Source of the DNA: Calditrichia bacterium
GTDB taxonomy: Bacteria > Calditrichota > Calditrichia > JAJRVZ01
Length of the DNA stretch: 64,000 nt
Direction of reading: 5' to 3'
Assembly (NCBI GenBank): GCA_963796965.1
Contig: CAWCNS010000012.1
Span: forward strand, 32,001 to 96,000
Positions 22,864 through 33,893 of the stretch are shown here, piece after piece. The notes beneath the pieces were generated by a model, which saw only the letters and a program-made list of their open reading frames with translations, was not told the DNA's origin and made no database searches. Every line of letters begins with the position of its first letter. Position 1 is the stretch's first letter. The position numbers and the translations under genes are program-made.

Positions 22864-24133
22864 ATGGAAACTACTAAAGTAAAAAGAAAATATAAAATAG
22901 ATAAACACACAAAATTCGACCCCTATAAATATCGCCCTGATTTTCCAATTCTCAGCGAAACGGTGCATGGCAAACCTCTGGTGTACCTGGATAATGCCGC
23001 GACAACACAGAAACCGATTCAGGTTATTGAAGCCATTAGTGATTATTATATGCATTATAATGCCAACGTACACCGTGCTATTTATAAACTTGGCGAGGAA
23101 GCTACCCGGGCTTTTGAGGATGCACGTAAAAAAGTTGCCCAATTTATTGCTGCTCCCTCAGAAAAACAGATTATCTTCACCAGAGGAACGACTGAGGCAA
23201 TAAACCTTGTCGCCAGCGGATGGGGGAGAAAATTTATTAGCCGGGGAGATGAGATAATTCTGAGCGAAATGGAGCATCATAGTAATTTAATCCCCTGGCA
23301 GATATTAGCAAAGGAAGTGGGAGCCTCCCTTAAATTTATTCCCTTTAAAGAAGATGGAACAATCGACTTTCCTGTGTTTGAGACGTTGTTAAGCAGTCAT
23401 ACAAAATTAATTGCCATTACACATATGTCCAATGTCTTTGGGACAATTAATCCAGTTATAAAAATTGTACAAATGGCACATGACAGAGGAATTCCTGTTC
23501 TCTTCGATGCCGCGCAAAGTGCAGCACATTTACCGGTTAGTGTCGAACATCTAAATTGCGACTTTCTGGCATTCTCAGGCCATAAGATGTTGGGACCAAC
23601 CGGAATTGGTGTTTTATATGCTAAAAGCCAAATTCTTGAAAATATGAATCCTTACCAGGGTGGGGGAGAGATGATTAGTTCCGTTTGGTTTGAAGAAGCC
23701 ACCTGGAATGAGATACCGCACAAGTTCGAAGCTGGAACACCAAATATCGCTGGTGCCATAGGTCTTGCTAAGAGCTATAGAATATTTGGAAGATGTGGGT
23801 ATGGTTAATCTGACTTTATATGAACAGGAATTAACAACTTACGCTTTGGAAAAAATGGCACGAATACCGGGAATGAAAATTTATGGTACAGCTCCGGAAA
23901 GAGGAGGTGTAATTTCTTTTAATCTTGGTGATATTCACCCTCATGATCTGTCTCACTTTCTCGATCAAGAGGGAATCGCCGTTAGAGCAGGTCATCATTG
24001 TGCACAACCGGTAATGAGAAAACTTAATATTGCTGCTACAACGAGGGTTAGTTTTTACTTTTATAATACAATAGATGAGATCGATTATCTGGTAGACCAA
24101 TTGGAAAAAGCAAAAGATTTCTTCGCCTTTTAG
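22864..24133 (+). CDS. sufS: Cysteine desulfurase SufS (frameshift near 23770)
   Basis: YLDNAATTQKP, MEHHSN, SGHKMLGP, RAGHHCA. Confidence 0.95.
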
Positions 24134-24164
24134 CAGTATTTAACCCTTTTCTATACATCTGATT

Positions 24165-24258
24165 ATTATCGCATATCCCGTATCACGTATCCCGTATCTC
24201 GTATCGCGTATCCCATATCCCATATCCCGTATCCCATATCCTGAACCCATTTCCCATC
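24165..24258. repeat. Heptamer tandem repeat (tatcccg/tatccca); inverse-sense relatives near 30697-30720 and 50932-50997
   Basis: tatcccg tatcacg tatcccg tatctcg tatcgcg tatccca tatccca ... Confidence 0.9.
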
Positions 24259-24323
24259 CTAATGATTCCACTTGCTTTATTGCCGGGGCAGGTGCTAAAT
24301 TGTTCCACTAACAAAAGGCGAAA

Positions 24324-25457
24324 ATGGTAAAAAGAATAGGTCTGGAAGAACGCAAGAATCTGGTCAATATTCGCAGAAAATTCAGAGCCCCGGTAATTGG
24401 TGTTACCGGGAATGTGGGAAAAACGACAACGATTGAAATGATTAAAACTGTCCTCGAGAAAAATGGCTCTGTTTTAAAATACAATCAAGGGCATGGTAAT
24501 TGGGATAATAACTTAAATACCCTTCGCAAACTATCCAGCGATTATAATTATGCCATCTTTGAATTTGATTTTCATCGTGGGCAAAATTTTGCTGAACTTC
24601 TTCGTCTTATAAAACCTAATATTGGCTTGGTTACAAATATTGGCGATGCACATCTCTCCTATATTGGGGGTATGGTTGATGTGGCGCTTCAGCGTTCTGA
24701 AGTAGTGAAATATTTGGCCAGGGATGGAACTGCCATATTAAATAAAGATGATGAACTTAGTTCAGCCTTAGGAAAGTATCTTACAACAAAAAATATATTT
24801 AAGTTTGGTCTAAGCCAGAACGCAGAATACTTTGCCTGTGGCATAGAACATCTTGGACCTAAGGGCACTTCATTTACTCTAAATAACAAGTTCCAGGTCA
24901 AAATCCCGGTTTACAGTATCAGTGATGTTTATAATTTTTTAGCCGCTACCGCTGCCTTGGTTGCACTTGATTTCCCCATAGATAAAATCATTGAAATATT
25001 TGAAAAAGATTATCAACTGCCTCAAGGTCGTGGAAAATTGTATAATTTAAACGGTTTCTATGTCATTGATGAAAGTTATGAGGCAACGACCCGATCAATT
25101 GCTAAGGCTTCCCGTGCAATGACCGGATTTAAGCCATACACAGATAAATTGGTTTATATTCTGGGCGATATGACAGAATATGGGCCAAATGTTGAGGAAC
25201 ATCATCTTAATATGGGTTATTTTTTATCCGCTCTGCCCATCGATTGTCTGATTACAGTTGGAAACTATGCATCTTATATTGGTAAAGGCTTTTCCCTGAT
25301 TCAGAACAAAGAGAAATTGGTCTATAATTGCAATTCAATCAATCAGATCTTGAAAACTTTAGATAGTGTTTTAAAGAATGAAGCTGTTATTACAGTGCAG
25401 GGGGTCGGCCAGGTTGCCTTGAGAAGAATTCTGAATTATCTGGGAAAGAAAACGTAA
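24324..25457 (+). CDS. Divergent MurF-like Mur ligase lacking the N-terminal domain
   Basis: GVTGNVGKTT P-loop, TNIGDAHL, LNKDD, GR, LGDM; several MurF motifs altered. Confidence 0.8.
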   Translation: MVKRIGLEERKNLVNIRRKFRAPVIGVTGNVGKTTTIEMIKTVLEKNGSVLKYNQGHGNWDNNLNTLRKLSSDYNYAIFEFDFHRGQNFAELLRLIKPNIGLVTNIGDAHLSYIGGMVDVALQRSEVVKYLARDGTAILNKDDELSSALGKYLTTKNIFKFGLSQNAEYFACGIEHLGPKGTSFTLNNKFQVKIPVYSISDVYNFLAATAALVALDFPIDKIIEIFEKDYQLPQGRGKLYNLNGFYVIDESYEATTRSIAKASRAMTGFKPYTDKLVYILGDMTEYGPNVEEHHLNMGYFLSALPIDCLITVGNYASYIGKGFSLIQNKEKLVYNCNSINQILKTLDSVLKNEAVITVQGVGQVALRRILNYLGKKT

Positions 25458-25458
25458 G

Positions 25459-25797
25459 ATGCATGAAATGTCCCTTGCTCAGAATATTTTAGATATCGTT
25501 GACGAATATATGCGTGATGAAAAAGGAAAACTTCTCGAGGTTGCTGTCGAAGTTGGTGAACTGGTTGCCGTCGTGCCGGACTCTCTCACCTTTTGTTATG
25601 AGGCATTGGTTGACAATACATCCTATGAGGGATCTAAAATTGTCATAAAAGTACTTCCACTATCAGCCACATGTAAAAATTGTTCAAAATCATTTAAAAT
25701 TGAAGACTTTAATTTTATATGCCCACAATGTAAAAATACAGATGTAATGGTGCAAAGTGGTCAGGAATTAAGAATTAGCCATCTGGAGGTAGAATAG
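25459..25797 (+). CDS. hypA: Hydrogenase nickel chaperone HypA
   Basis: MHEMS, CKNC and CPQC. Confidence 0.95.
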   Translation: MHEMSLAQNILDIVDEYMRDEKGKLLEVAVEVGELVAVVPDSLTFCYEALVDNTSYEGSKIVIKVLPLSATCKNCSKSFKIEDFNFICPQCKNTDVMVQSGQELRISHLEVE

Positions 25798-26445
25798 ATG
25801 TCCGTTATAACTGTAGAGAGAAAAATTTTAAAGAAAAATGATGAGGTTGCTGCTGAAAATAGAAAGATTTTCAAAGATAATAATGTATATACCATCAATC
25901 TTCTTAGTTCTCCCGGATCAGGTAAAACCAGTTTGCTTGAGAAAACACTTGAATTGCTAAATAATGCCATAAAAATTGGTGTAGTTGAAGGTGATGTTCA
26001 AACCGATAATGATGCACGACGGGTTGCACAATATGATGTTCCGGTGGTTCAAATTGTAACAAATGGTGGATGTCACCTGGAAGCAAAATTAGTGCAAAAT
26101 GCCCTGGATAACTTTGATCTTCCATCACTTCAACTTTTGGTAATTGAAAATGTAGGTAATCTCGTCTGCCCGGCAAATTATGATCTTGGAGAAGAAAAAA
26201 AAATAGTTATGGTTAGCACGACTGAAGGAGATGACAAACCTGCCAAATACCCAGCCATGTTTCGAGCTTCTGACATGATGATCATTAACAAGATCGATTT
26301 GTTGGACTATGTGGATTTTGATATGAAACGAGTCCGGGAACATGCTCTTACTATCAACCCTGACCTGGAGATAATCGAATTGTCATGTAAAACTGGTGAG
26401 GGCCTGGATGATTGGATAGAATGGTTGATGAGAACCAGTCAATAG
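25798..26445 (+). CDS. hypB: Hydrogenase nickel-insertion GTPase HypB
   Basis: SSPGSGKT, GCHL, ENVGNLVCP, NKID. Confidence 0.96.
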   Translation: MSVITVERKILKKNDEVAAENRKIFKDNNVYTINLLSSPGSGKTSLLEKTLELLNNAIKIGVVEGDVQTDNDARRVAQYDVPVVQIVTNGGCHLEAKLVQNALDNFDLPSLQLLVIENVGNLVCPANYDLGEEKKIVMVSTTEGDDKPAKYPAMFRASDMMIINKIDLLDYVDFDMKRVREHALTINPDLEIIELSCKTGEGLDDWIEWLMRTSQ

Positions 26446-26623
26446 ATGTTGTAAACTTTTCCTACAGCCACTAAATTAATCCAACATATTTGCTTTAAAT
26501 ATTAGAAAAATCAACAATCTATCCCCTGTGGACCTGTATAAAAATTTCTCATTTCCTGCAATTAAGGAAAATTCAGTCATTTGGCATAGCATGCTATCAG
26601 GTCGTTTCAATACTCAGTTTAAA

Positions 26624-26639
26624 CGGCATCATATTTGCA
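26624..26639 (+). promoter_or_regulatory. Sigma54 (-24/-12) promoter candidate
   Basis: CGGCATCATATTTGCA: GG-N10-GC. Confidence 0.55.
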
Positions 26640-26718
26640 GAACTAAAAAAGGCTTTTATTTCAGTTTAAAAATTAATATCTTTCATAAATCTATGTAGTA
26701 ATTAACTTTGGAGTCAAA

Positions 26719-28127
26719 ATGTTAAAAAATCCAGCGATTCATATAAAAATCTTGTTGATAACAATGTTGCTAGTCTCGACGTCCCTAGCTCAAACAGCCA
26801 AGGATAATATTTTTGCGGATGTGGAGAAGATGATAGAAGAGGCGCGGGCCCAGGGTGCTGAGCTTTTAGCACCGGAATCTTTTAAAAAAGCCGTTGAAAG
26901 TTTTAATGAAGCAAATGATTACTATAAGAATAATGAAAGTACCCGGGATATCCGCGAAAAACTGACCGAGGCGCAGCAACATTGTAACCGGGCAATGGAG
27001 GTTGTCAATCTTGGTAAAATTTCTTTAAAAGATGCCACACAAGCCCATTATGATGCGATGAAAGCGAAAGCGGATTCTTATGCCCCTGAGCTATTTAAGG
27101 AAGGGCAGGAACTCTTCAAAGAGGCAACTGTAGAGTTGGAAGATGGGGATATTGAGGGTGCCAGGGATAAGGGAAGTGAGGCTGAAAAGCTCTTTCGCCA
27201 GGCAGAACTCAAGTCTATAAAGGCCGCTATTCTTGGAGAATCCAGAAAATTGATCGAAGAAGCGAAGGAAAAAGAATGTCCGGAAGTTGCACCAAATACA
27301 TTTAATTATGCCCAAAGCCTTTTAAATGAAGTTGAATCTCTATTGACAAATAACCGCTATGCTGTGGAAGAGGCGAAAGCGAAGGCTACTGAATGTGAAT
27401 ATCAGGCGAAACATGCCATGTATCTGACCTCAGAAATAAAATCCTTAAAAGAAGATGAACGAAATTGGGAAAAATTGCTTCTTGAAGCAGAAGATATTTT
27501 AACCGGATTTTCCGGGCAATTTAATGAAATGCCTCAATATGATCATGGGTTGAATGATGCCATTACTCTGATTCAAACAAAAATAACCGAGATGCAAACT
27601 GAAAATGATGAACTGCGGGCAAAGGTGACCAATTTACAGGAAAAATATGAGGTCGTCAGAGAAGAAGCCGTAGTGTCGTCTACGGAATTAGTAAAAAGCA
27701 GGAACTTGAGGCTAACATTTCCACAATTAAGGCCATGTTTACACCCAATGAGGCCAAGGTCGTTTTTGATGGTGATAATCTGGTACTTCATGTTTATGGT
27801 ATTAATTTTCCCTCTGGTAGGGCCATCATCCAACCGGAATATTTTTCTCTGCTTACAAAGGTGCAGGAATCGATAAAAGTTTTTCCGGAGCGCCACATTC
27901 TGATTGAAGGACATACAGATAGTCAGGGTAATGCTTCTACAAATAAAAGCTTGTCGGAGGAGCGGGCCTCGGCTGTGCGTGAGTATATCATAGCCAATAT
28001 GAACCTTGATCGTGAGCAAATTACATCTGTTGGATATGGATCTGCACAACCCATTGCATCAAATAAAACGGCAGAAGGACGGTCCCAAAACCGACGAATT
28101 GATGTTGTAATCAATCTTAGCAATTGA
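26719..28127 (+). CDS. Exported helical-repeat protein with C-terminal OmpA peptidoglycan-binding domain (frameshift near 27695)
   Basis: Signal peptide; three A..xAP repeats; IEGHTD..NxxLSEERA..GRSQNRRID. Confidence 0.85.
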
Positions 28128-28136
28128 GGTTAACCC

Positions 28137-28364
28137 ATGTGTCTGGCTGTACCAATGAAAGTGATCTCCAGAAATGATGGCACAGGTGTTGCCGAAATGT
28201 CGGGAGTAAAAAAAGAACTAAGTTTTATAATGCTTCCTGAAGCAAAGGTTGGTGATTATGTTATTGTTCATGCCGGATTTGCCATCCAGATATTAAATGA
28301 AGAGGAAGCACAAAAATCACTTGACTTATTCAGAGAGATGGCCGACCTCAGCGATGAAACCTGA
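28137..28364 (+). CDS. hypC: Hydrogenase maturation chaperone HypC
   Basis: MCLAVP, GDYVIVHAGFAI. Confidence 0.96.
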   Translation: MCLAVPMKVISRNDGTGVAEMSGVKKELSFIMLPEAKVGDYVIVHAGFAIQILNEEEAQKSLDLFREMADLSDET

Positions 28365-28372
28365 TCCCGTTA

Positions 28373-30649
28373 ATGTCTTCAATAAACCGACTACAAATAA
28401 ACGTTTCAGGAATTGTGCAGGGCGTAGGCTTTCGTCCTTCTGTTTATAGATTAGCAAAACGTCTTAACCTTGATGGTTTCGTAAGTAATAATTCTAAAGG
28501 TGTGTTGATTGAAATTGAGGGAATAATTGAATCGACACACCTTTTTTTACAAACAATTTCCCGCCAACCGCCGCCTCTGGCCCAAATTACACATATTCAA
28601 TATCAGGAGATACCACCTCTCAATCAATCCGGATTTATCATCCAGGAAAGTCAGGCAGAAAAGCAAAGATCCACATTGATATCACCGGATATTGCCACCT
28701 GTGTTGATTGTCTGAAAGAAATGAATGATCCTGCTGACAGACGATATCATTATCCATTTATCAATTGTACAAATTGCGGTCCCCGCTATACAATAATATC
28801 GGATATACCCTATGATCGACCAAATACTTCAATGGCTGGTTTTAAGATGTGTCCGGAATGTCGCAAGGAATATGAAAACCCCAGCGATCGACGGTTTCAC
28901 GCCCAACCAAATGCCTGTGCGAAATGTGGGCCAACTCTTCGATTTTTAAACCAGGATCAATCAGAGAGTGACAAAGATCCTATTATGGCGACTATATCTG
29001 CATTAAAGGAAGGCAAAATCGTTGCAATTAAGGGTCTTGGGGGATTTCATCTGGCCGTAGATGCTGCAAATTCACAGGGAATTAACCTGTTGCGGCAAAG
29101 AAAAAAACGGTTTGAAAAACCGCTGGCCCTGATGGTTAAAAATACAGATAGTGCTAAGAAATACACCTATGTGAATGATGAAAAGATTAATCTTCTTGAG
29201 AGTTTGCATCGTCCCATCGTCCTGTGTAAAAAGAAAGAGGAGCATGGGCTGGCTGAAGCCATTTCACCCGACAATGAATATTTTGGGATTATGCTGCCTT
29301 ATACACCTCTCCATGAATTATTGTTTGTTGATGGGCGGGTGGATGTCCTGGTTATGACGAGTGCTAATATCTCTGAAGAGCCGATTTGTATTGAAAATAA
29401 TGAATGTTTCGACCGAATGAACCATATCGCTGACTGTTATTTAATCCATGATCGTGATATTTATATCCGTTGTGACGATTCTGTTCTCCAGGTAGAAGGT
29501 AGATCAGAGATATTTATTCGCAGATCAAGAGGATATTCACCAAGACCAATAATACTTAAAACCTATGGTGATCCCGTGCTGGCAGTGGGTGGGCAACTCA
29601 AAAATACGATCTGTCTAACACGTGATAATTCAGCTTTTATGAGTCAGCATATAGGTGATCTGGAGAACCTGGAAACCCTGCAGGCATTTGAAAATACCAT
29701 TCAGCACCTTCAGAATCTTTTTGAAATTGAGCCAAAACATATCATATATGATCTTCACCCTGAATACCTTTCCTCAAAATGGGTACAAGATAATGCTTCT
29801 TTGCCGTCATTCCCGATTCAACATCACTATGCTCATATCCTTAGTGTTATGGCCGAACATGATCTGAGTGAAAATATTATGGGTTTTGCATTAGATGGAA
29901 CGGGATATGGTGAGGATGGTGCTATCTGGGGGGGAGAAATTCTTCTTTGTAATCATTCAACTTACAGTCGTTTGGCCTATTTCGATTATGTTTCCATGCC
30001 GGGCGGTGACGCTGCAATAAAGGAACCCTGGCGAATGGCTGCAGCTTATCTGCAGAAGAATTTAAATAATGGTGAGCATATAGCCCTTGAATTATTTCCC
30101 GATAAGTCGTCTCAGTTAAATATCATTAGACAAATGATTGAGAGAAGGGTAAATACGCCCATGACTTCCAGTTGTGGAAGATTATTTGATGCGGTTGCGG
30201 CTATACTTGGTTTGCGGGATGAGGTGGCCTATGAAGGTCAGGCTGCGATTATGCTTGAGGCTGTTGCCCATAAATCGAGACATAACTTTCCTCTGATTGC
30301 ACCATTTGAGGTAGAGAAAAAAGATGACATGAGAGTAATTTGTTCAAATGAAATTTTCGAAGACATCGTAAAATTTAAAAAACAGGGTATGGATATTGCT
30401 AATATCAGCCTCGCTTTTCATAACGCTTTAATTGATGTTTTTCTTCAAATAGCTCTTCTTATAAGAGATGAAAAAGGTACTGAAAAAGTAGCTTTGAGTG
30501 GTGGGTGTTTCCAAAACATTTTGTTGCACGCCGGATTAATCCAAAAACTTCAGGATAACGGGTTTAGTGTTTATATGAATATCGAAGTACCACCAAACGA
30601 TGGAGGCCTGGCATTAGGACAAGCCTATTGGGGGATGCTTAATTATTGA
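28373..30649 (+). CDS. hypF: Carbamoyltransferase HypF
   Basis: VQGVGFRP, zinc fingers, KGLGGFHL, QHHYAH, PPNDGG. Confidence 0.96.
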   Translation: MSSINRLQINVSGIVQGVGFRPSVYRLAKRLNLDGFVSNNSKGVLIEIEGIIESTHLFLQTISRQPPPLAQITHIQYQEIPPLNQSGFIIQESQAEKQRSTLISPDIATCVDCLKEMNDPADRRYHYPFINCTNCGPRYTIISDIPYDRPNTSMAGFKMCPECRKEYENPSDRRFHAQPNACAKCGPTLRFLNQDQSESDKDPIMATISALKEGKIVAIKGLGGFHLAVDAANSQGINLLRQRKKRFEKPLALMVKNTDSAKKYTYVNDEKINLLESLHRPIVLCKKKEEHGLAEAISPDNEYFGIMLPYTPLHELLFVDGRVDVLVMTSANISEEPICIENNECFDRMNHIADCYLIHDRDIYIRCDDSVLQVEGRSEIFIRRSRGYSPRPIILKTYGDPVLAVGGQLKNTICLTRDNSAFMSQHIGDLENLETLQAFENTIQHLQNLFEIEPKHIIYDLHPEYLSSKWVQDNASLPSFPIQHHYAHILSVMAEHDLSENIMGFALDGTGYGEDGAIWGGEILLCNHSTYSRLAYFDYVSMPGGDAAIKEPWRMAAAYLQKNLNNGEHIALELFPDKSSQLNIIRQMIERRVNTPMTSSCGRLFDAVAAILGLRDEVAYEGQAAIMLEAVAHKSRHNFPLIAPFEVEKKDDMRVICSNEIFEDIVKFKKQGMDIANISLAFHNALIDVFLQIALLIRDEKGTEKVALSGGCFQNILLHAGLIQKLQDNGFSVYMNIEVPPNDGGLALGQAYWGMLNY

Positions 30650-30855
30650 AAATTGTCCAAAGGACTCCTTCGGAGAAGATTGAACAATGAAAATTAGATA
30701 CGAGATATGGGATACTTAATACGTGGTAGTTGGAAATTGGGACTTTGATTTTCATTTGAAATTGGGATTTTAATATTTGAAATTGATTAGGAATAACATA
30801 TGTTATTACATCTACGAGTTCAATTCATAGAATAATTAATTATTGGGAAAAGTTA

Positions 30856-31947
30856 ATGAGGTATATTGAGGAATTTCGTGACCCTCGCTTTGCTCGGGTA
30901 TTGGTTGAGCAGATAAAAAAGAAAGCAGAATCACTTCCTGAAATAAAATTGATGGAAGTTTGTGGTTCACATACAATGGCTATTGCCCGTTATGGAATTC
31001 GTCAAATGTTACCGCCAAACATAAAATTAATTTCCGGACCAGGATGCCCGGTATGTGTAACAGCAAATAATTATCTGGATAAAGCCCTTGCCATAAGCCG
31101 GCTTCCAGATCTTATAATTACCACATTTGGGGATATGATGCGAGTCCCTGGTTCAACTACCTCGCTGGAGAAGGAACGCTCAAATGGTGGTGACATTCGA
31201 GTCGTTTATTCAACGATGGATGCCCTCCAACTTGCTAATGATAATCCTGATAAAAAGATAGTTTTTTTAGGAGTAGGTTTTGAAACCACGGCACCGACTA
31301 TTGCCGCATCAATTTTAGAGGCAGAGAAATTAGATGTGGGTAATTATGCCGTTCTTTGTGCACATAAAACAATGCCCAAACCAATGGAGACGATTGCCGG
31401 TGGTGAGCGTGTTGATTTACAGGGTTTTATATGTCCGGCACATGTGAGTACAATTATTGGTGCAAAGCCTTACGCATTTTTAGCGGAAAAGTATCATAAA
31501 GCCTGTGTGATTGCAGGGTTTGAACCTTTGGATGTGCTTGAGTCTGTTAAAATGCTCCTTGGTCAGATTGAATCTGATTCTCCAACAGTTGAAATTCAAT
31601 ATTCAAGGGTTACAAAAGAAGAGGGAAATCCTGCGGCACTCACAATAATGTCAGAGGTGTTTGAGGTGTGTGATGCTGATTGGAGAGGTATTGGTTCAAT
31701 TCCGGGGAGCGGTCTTAAAATCAATAATAAATACAGCCGTTTTGATGCCGATACTATATATCAAATTGAGGTTGAACCTACCCAGGAGGCAGAGGGTTGC
31801 ATTTGTGGTGAGATTATGCAGGGGGTCGCTATGCCAGACGAATGTGCTTTGTTTGGGACTGTTTGTACACCGGAAGATCCGGTCGGGGCCTGTATGGTCT
31901 CCTCTGAAGGTAGTTGTGCGGCAGCACATAAATATGAAAGTTCTTAA
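30856..31947 (+). CDS. hypD: Hydrogenase maturation protein HypD
   Basis: CGSHT, GPGCPVC, GFETT, CMVSSEG. Confidence 0.96.
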   Translation: MRYIEEFRDPRFARVLVEQIKKKAESLPEIKLMEVCGSHTMAIARYGIRQMLPPNIKLISGPGCPVCVTANNYLDKALAISRLPDLIITTFGDMMRVPGSTTSLEKERSNGGDIRVVYSTMDALQLANDNPDKKIVFLGVGFETTAPTIAASILEAEKLDVGNYAVLCAHKTMPKPMETIAGGERVDLQGFICPAHVSTIIGAKPYAFLAEKYHKACVIAGFEPLDVLESVKMLLGQIESDSPTVEIQYSRVTKEEGNPAALTIMSEVFEVCDADWRGIGSIPGSGLKINNKYSRFDADTIYQIEVEPTQEAEGCICGEIMQGVAMPDECALFGTVCTPEDPVGACMVSSEGSCAAAHKYESS

Positions 31948-31964
31948 TAGGTGGATTTTTAATA

Positions 31965-32978
31965 ATGAAAAATTTGGATAGAATATTACTTGGCCATGGA
32001 AGCGGCGGAAAACTTTCACATCGATTGTTATCAGAAATATTTTTGAAATATTTTAAAAATGATGAATTAGCGAAATTAAATGATGGTGCACGGCTCGATT
32101 TTCCAGGTAACACAATGATTTTCTCCACTGATTCTTATGTGGTTGATCCAATTTTTTTTCCAGGTGGCGATATTGGTAAATTGGCGGTTTGTGGAACCGT
32201 CAATGATGTCGCAATGATGGGGGGCAGACCTCTTTATTTAAGTTGTGGATTTATCATTGAAGAAGGATTTTTATTTACAGACCTTGAATTAATTCTAAAA
32301 TCTATGGCAGATTCCGCGGATGAGGCTGGTGTAGCGCTGGTAACCGGTGATACAAAAGTCGTACCCAGAGGTGTGGCAGACAAAGTTTTTATTAATACAG
32401 CAGGTGTTGGTATTGCCCGGGAAGGGGTTAATATTTCAGGTCATCATGCGAAGGTTGGAGATATGATCGTTATTAATGGCAGCCTTGCCGATCATGGGAT
32501 TACTGTAATGGCAAAGAGGGAAGGACTTGACCTTGACGTTGATGTTCAGAGTGATGCGGCTCCGTTAAATATTATGATTGAGGATGTACTTAAAAACATT
32601 CCTGATGTTCATGTGATGCGAGATCCAACACGCGGAGGATTGGGTACAACGCTAAATGAAATAGCCTCTCAGTCAAATGTAGGGATTAGGTTAATAGAAA
32701 AAAATTTACCCATTTCGGCACCTGTCAGATCTGTATGTGAAATCCTGGGCCTTGATCCCTTATACATTGCCAACGAAGGTAAAGTTTTGGTGTTTGTTTC
32801 GAAATCTCATGTGGAAGATCTTCTTGTACTTATGTCTAACCACCCCTATGGGGAAAATGCATGTGTGATTGGTCAGGTAACGGCCGAACCAAAGGCTAAA
32901 GTAATCCTGGAAACAAGTATTGGTGGAAACCGTTTAATCGATATGTTAACAGGTGAACAATTTCCCCGGATTTGCTAA
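31965..32978 (+). CDS. hypE: Carbamoyl dehydratase HypE
   Basis: HGSGG, DPTRGG, C-terminal PRIC. Confidence 0.96.
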   Translation: MKNLDRILLGHGSGGKLSHRLLSEIFLKYFKNDELAKLNDGARLDFPGNTMIFSTDSYVVDPIFFPGGDIGKLAVCGTVNDVAMMGGRPLYLSCGFIIEEGFLFTDLELILKSMADSADEAGVALVTGDTKVVPRGVADKVFINTAGVGIAREGVNISGHHAKVGDMIVINGSLADHGITVMAKREGLDLDVDVQSDAAPLNIMIEDVLKNIPDVHVMRDPTRGGLGTTLNEIASQSNVGIRLIEKNLPISAPVRSVCEILGLDPLYIANEGKVLVFVSKSHVEDLLVLMSNHPYGENACVIGQVTAEPKAKVILETSIGGNRLIDMLTGEQFPRIC

Positions 32979-32994
32979 TATCTATGCCAATATT

Positions 32995-33158
32995 AATCTG
33001 TAGAATGCCTCGAGGTTTCCAATTTCTCCCTCTCCTTTAGGAGAAGGTTGGGGAGAGGTAAATAAAAGCAATTCTGTTTTTCGACATTTGTGTTGAAATA
33101 AAACTGGCGAAATACCACGATAGGCATCGGGGATAGTCAGTTTTAAAGAATTTCTTTA
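32995..33158 (+). repeat. Structured dispersed element, copy 1
   Basis: High identity to copies at 33717, 37332 and 55688. Confidence 0.9.
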
Positions 33159-33334
33159 TTTAATTCCTAATTCTAAGAATATTTACCCTACCAATTATTA
33201 TAATATCAAAAAAATTATTGATTGCAAATATCCCTGTATGTGTATTTTTGTGCATAAATAAATAAAAATATTTATTTATAGATCAGGATTTATCTGAGAA
33301 AGATATGGCACATATTTTGTACACTTTAATAATC

Positions 33335-33713
33335 ATGGCTACTCTATCGACTTCAGCAAAAGTCTGTTCTTATATTAGAAAAAGATCGTGATCTTGCAGA
33401 TAGTATACGCGTATTTCTTGAAGATGCTTATCCTGTTTATATACTTGAAGATCCGTCCAAACTAGTCTCGCATATCAAGAGATACGGAATAAAATTGCTT
33501 GTTACGGATTTGGATTACAGCAATGCGGATCTACGCTCAAACCTTCTTGATATCAGATCGTGTACCCCGGGGATTAAAATTATTTTGATGTACATGTTTT
33601 TGGATGATGAAAATCAAAAAAGCCATTCTCTGTTAAAAGAGGCTGATGATTATATTTTTAAGCCTTTTGATGCAGATGTATTCCGTTATAAGGTGGACAA
33701 ACTTCTTTCTTAA
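33335..33713 (+). CDS. Single-domain CheY-like receiver (frameshift near 33358)
   Basis: KSVLILEKDRDLADSIRVFLE...LLVTDLD...ADDYIFKPFD; the ATG at 33335 is in another frame. Confidence 0.7.
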
Positions 33714-33716
33714 ATA

Positions 33717-33893
33717 AATCTGTAGAATTCCCCGAGGCTGTGCCTCGGGGTCTCCTATTTCTCCCTCTCCTTTAGGAGAGGGTTGGGGAGAGGTAAATAT
33801 ATGAAATTCTGTTTTTCGACATTTTGTATCGAAATAAAACTGGCGAAATACCACGATAGGCATCGGGGATAGTCAATTTAAAGAATTTCTTTA
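33717..33893 (+). repeat. Structured dispersed element, copy 2 (longest)
   Basis: ccccgaggc/gcctcgggg hairpin + ccctctcc/ggagaggg hairpin + conserved 3' module. Confidence 0.9.
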
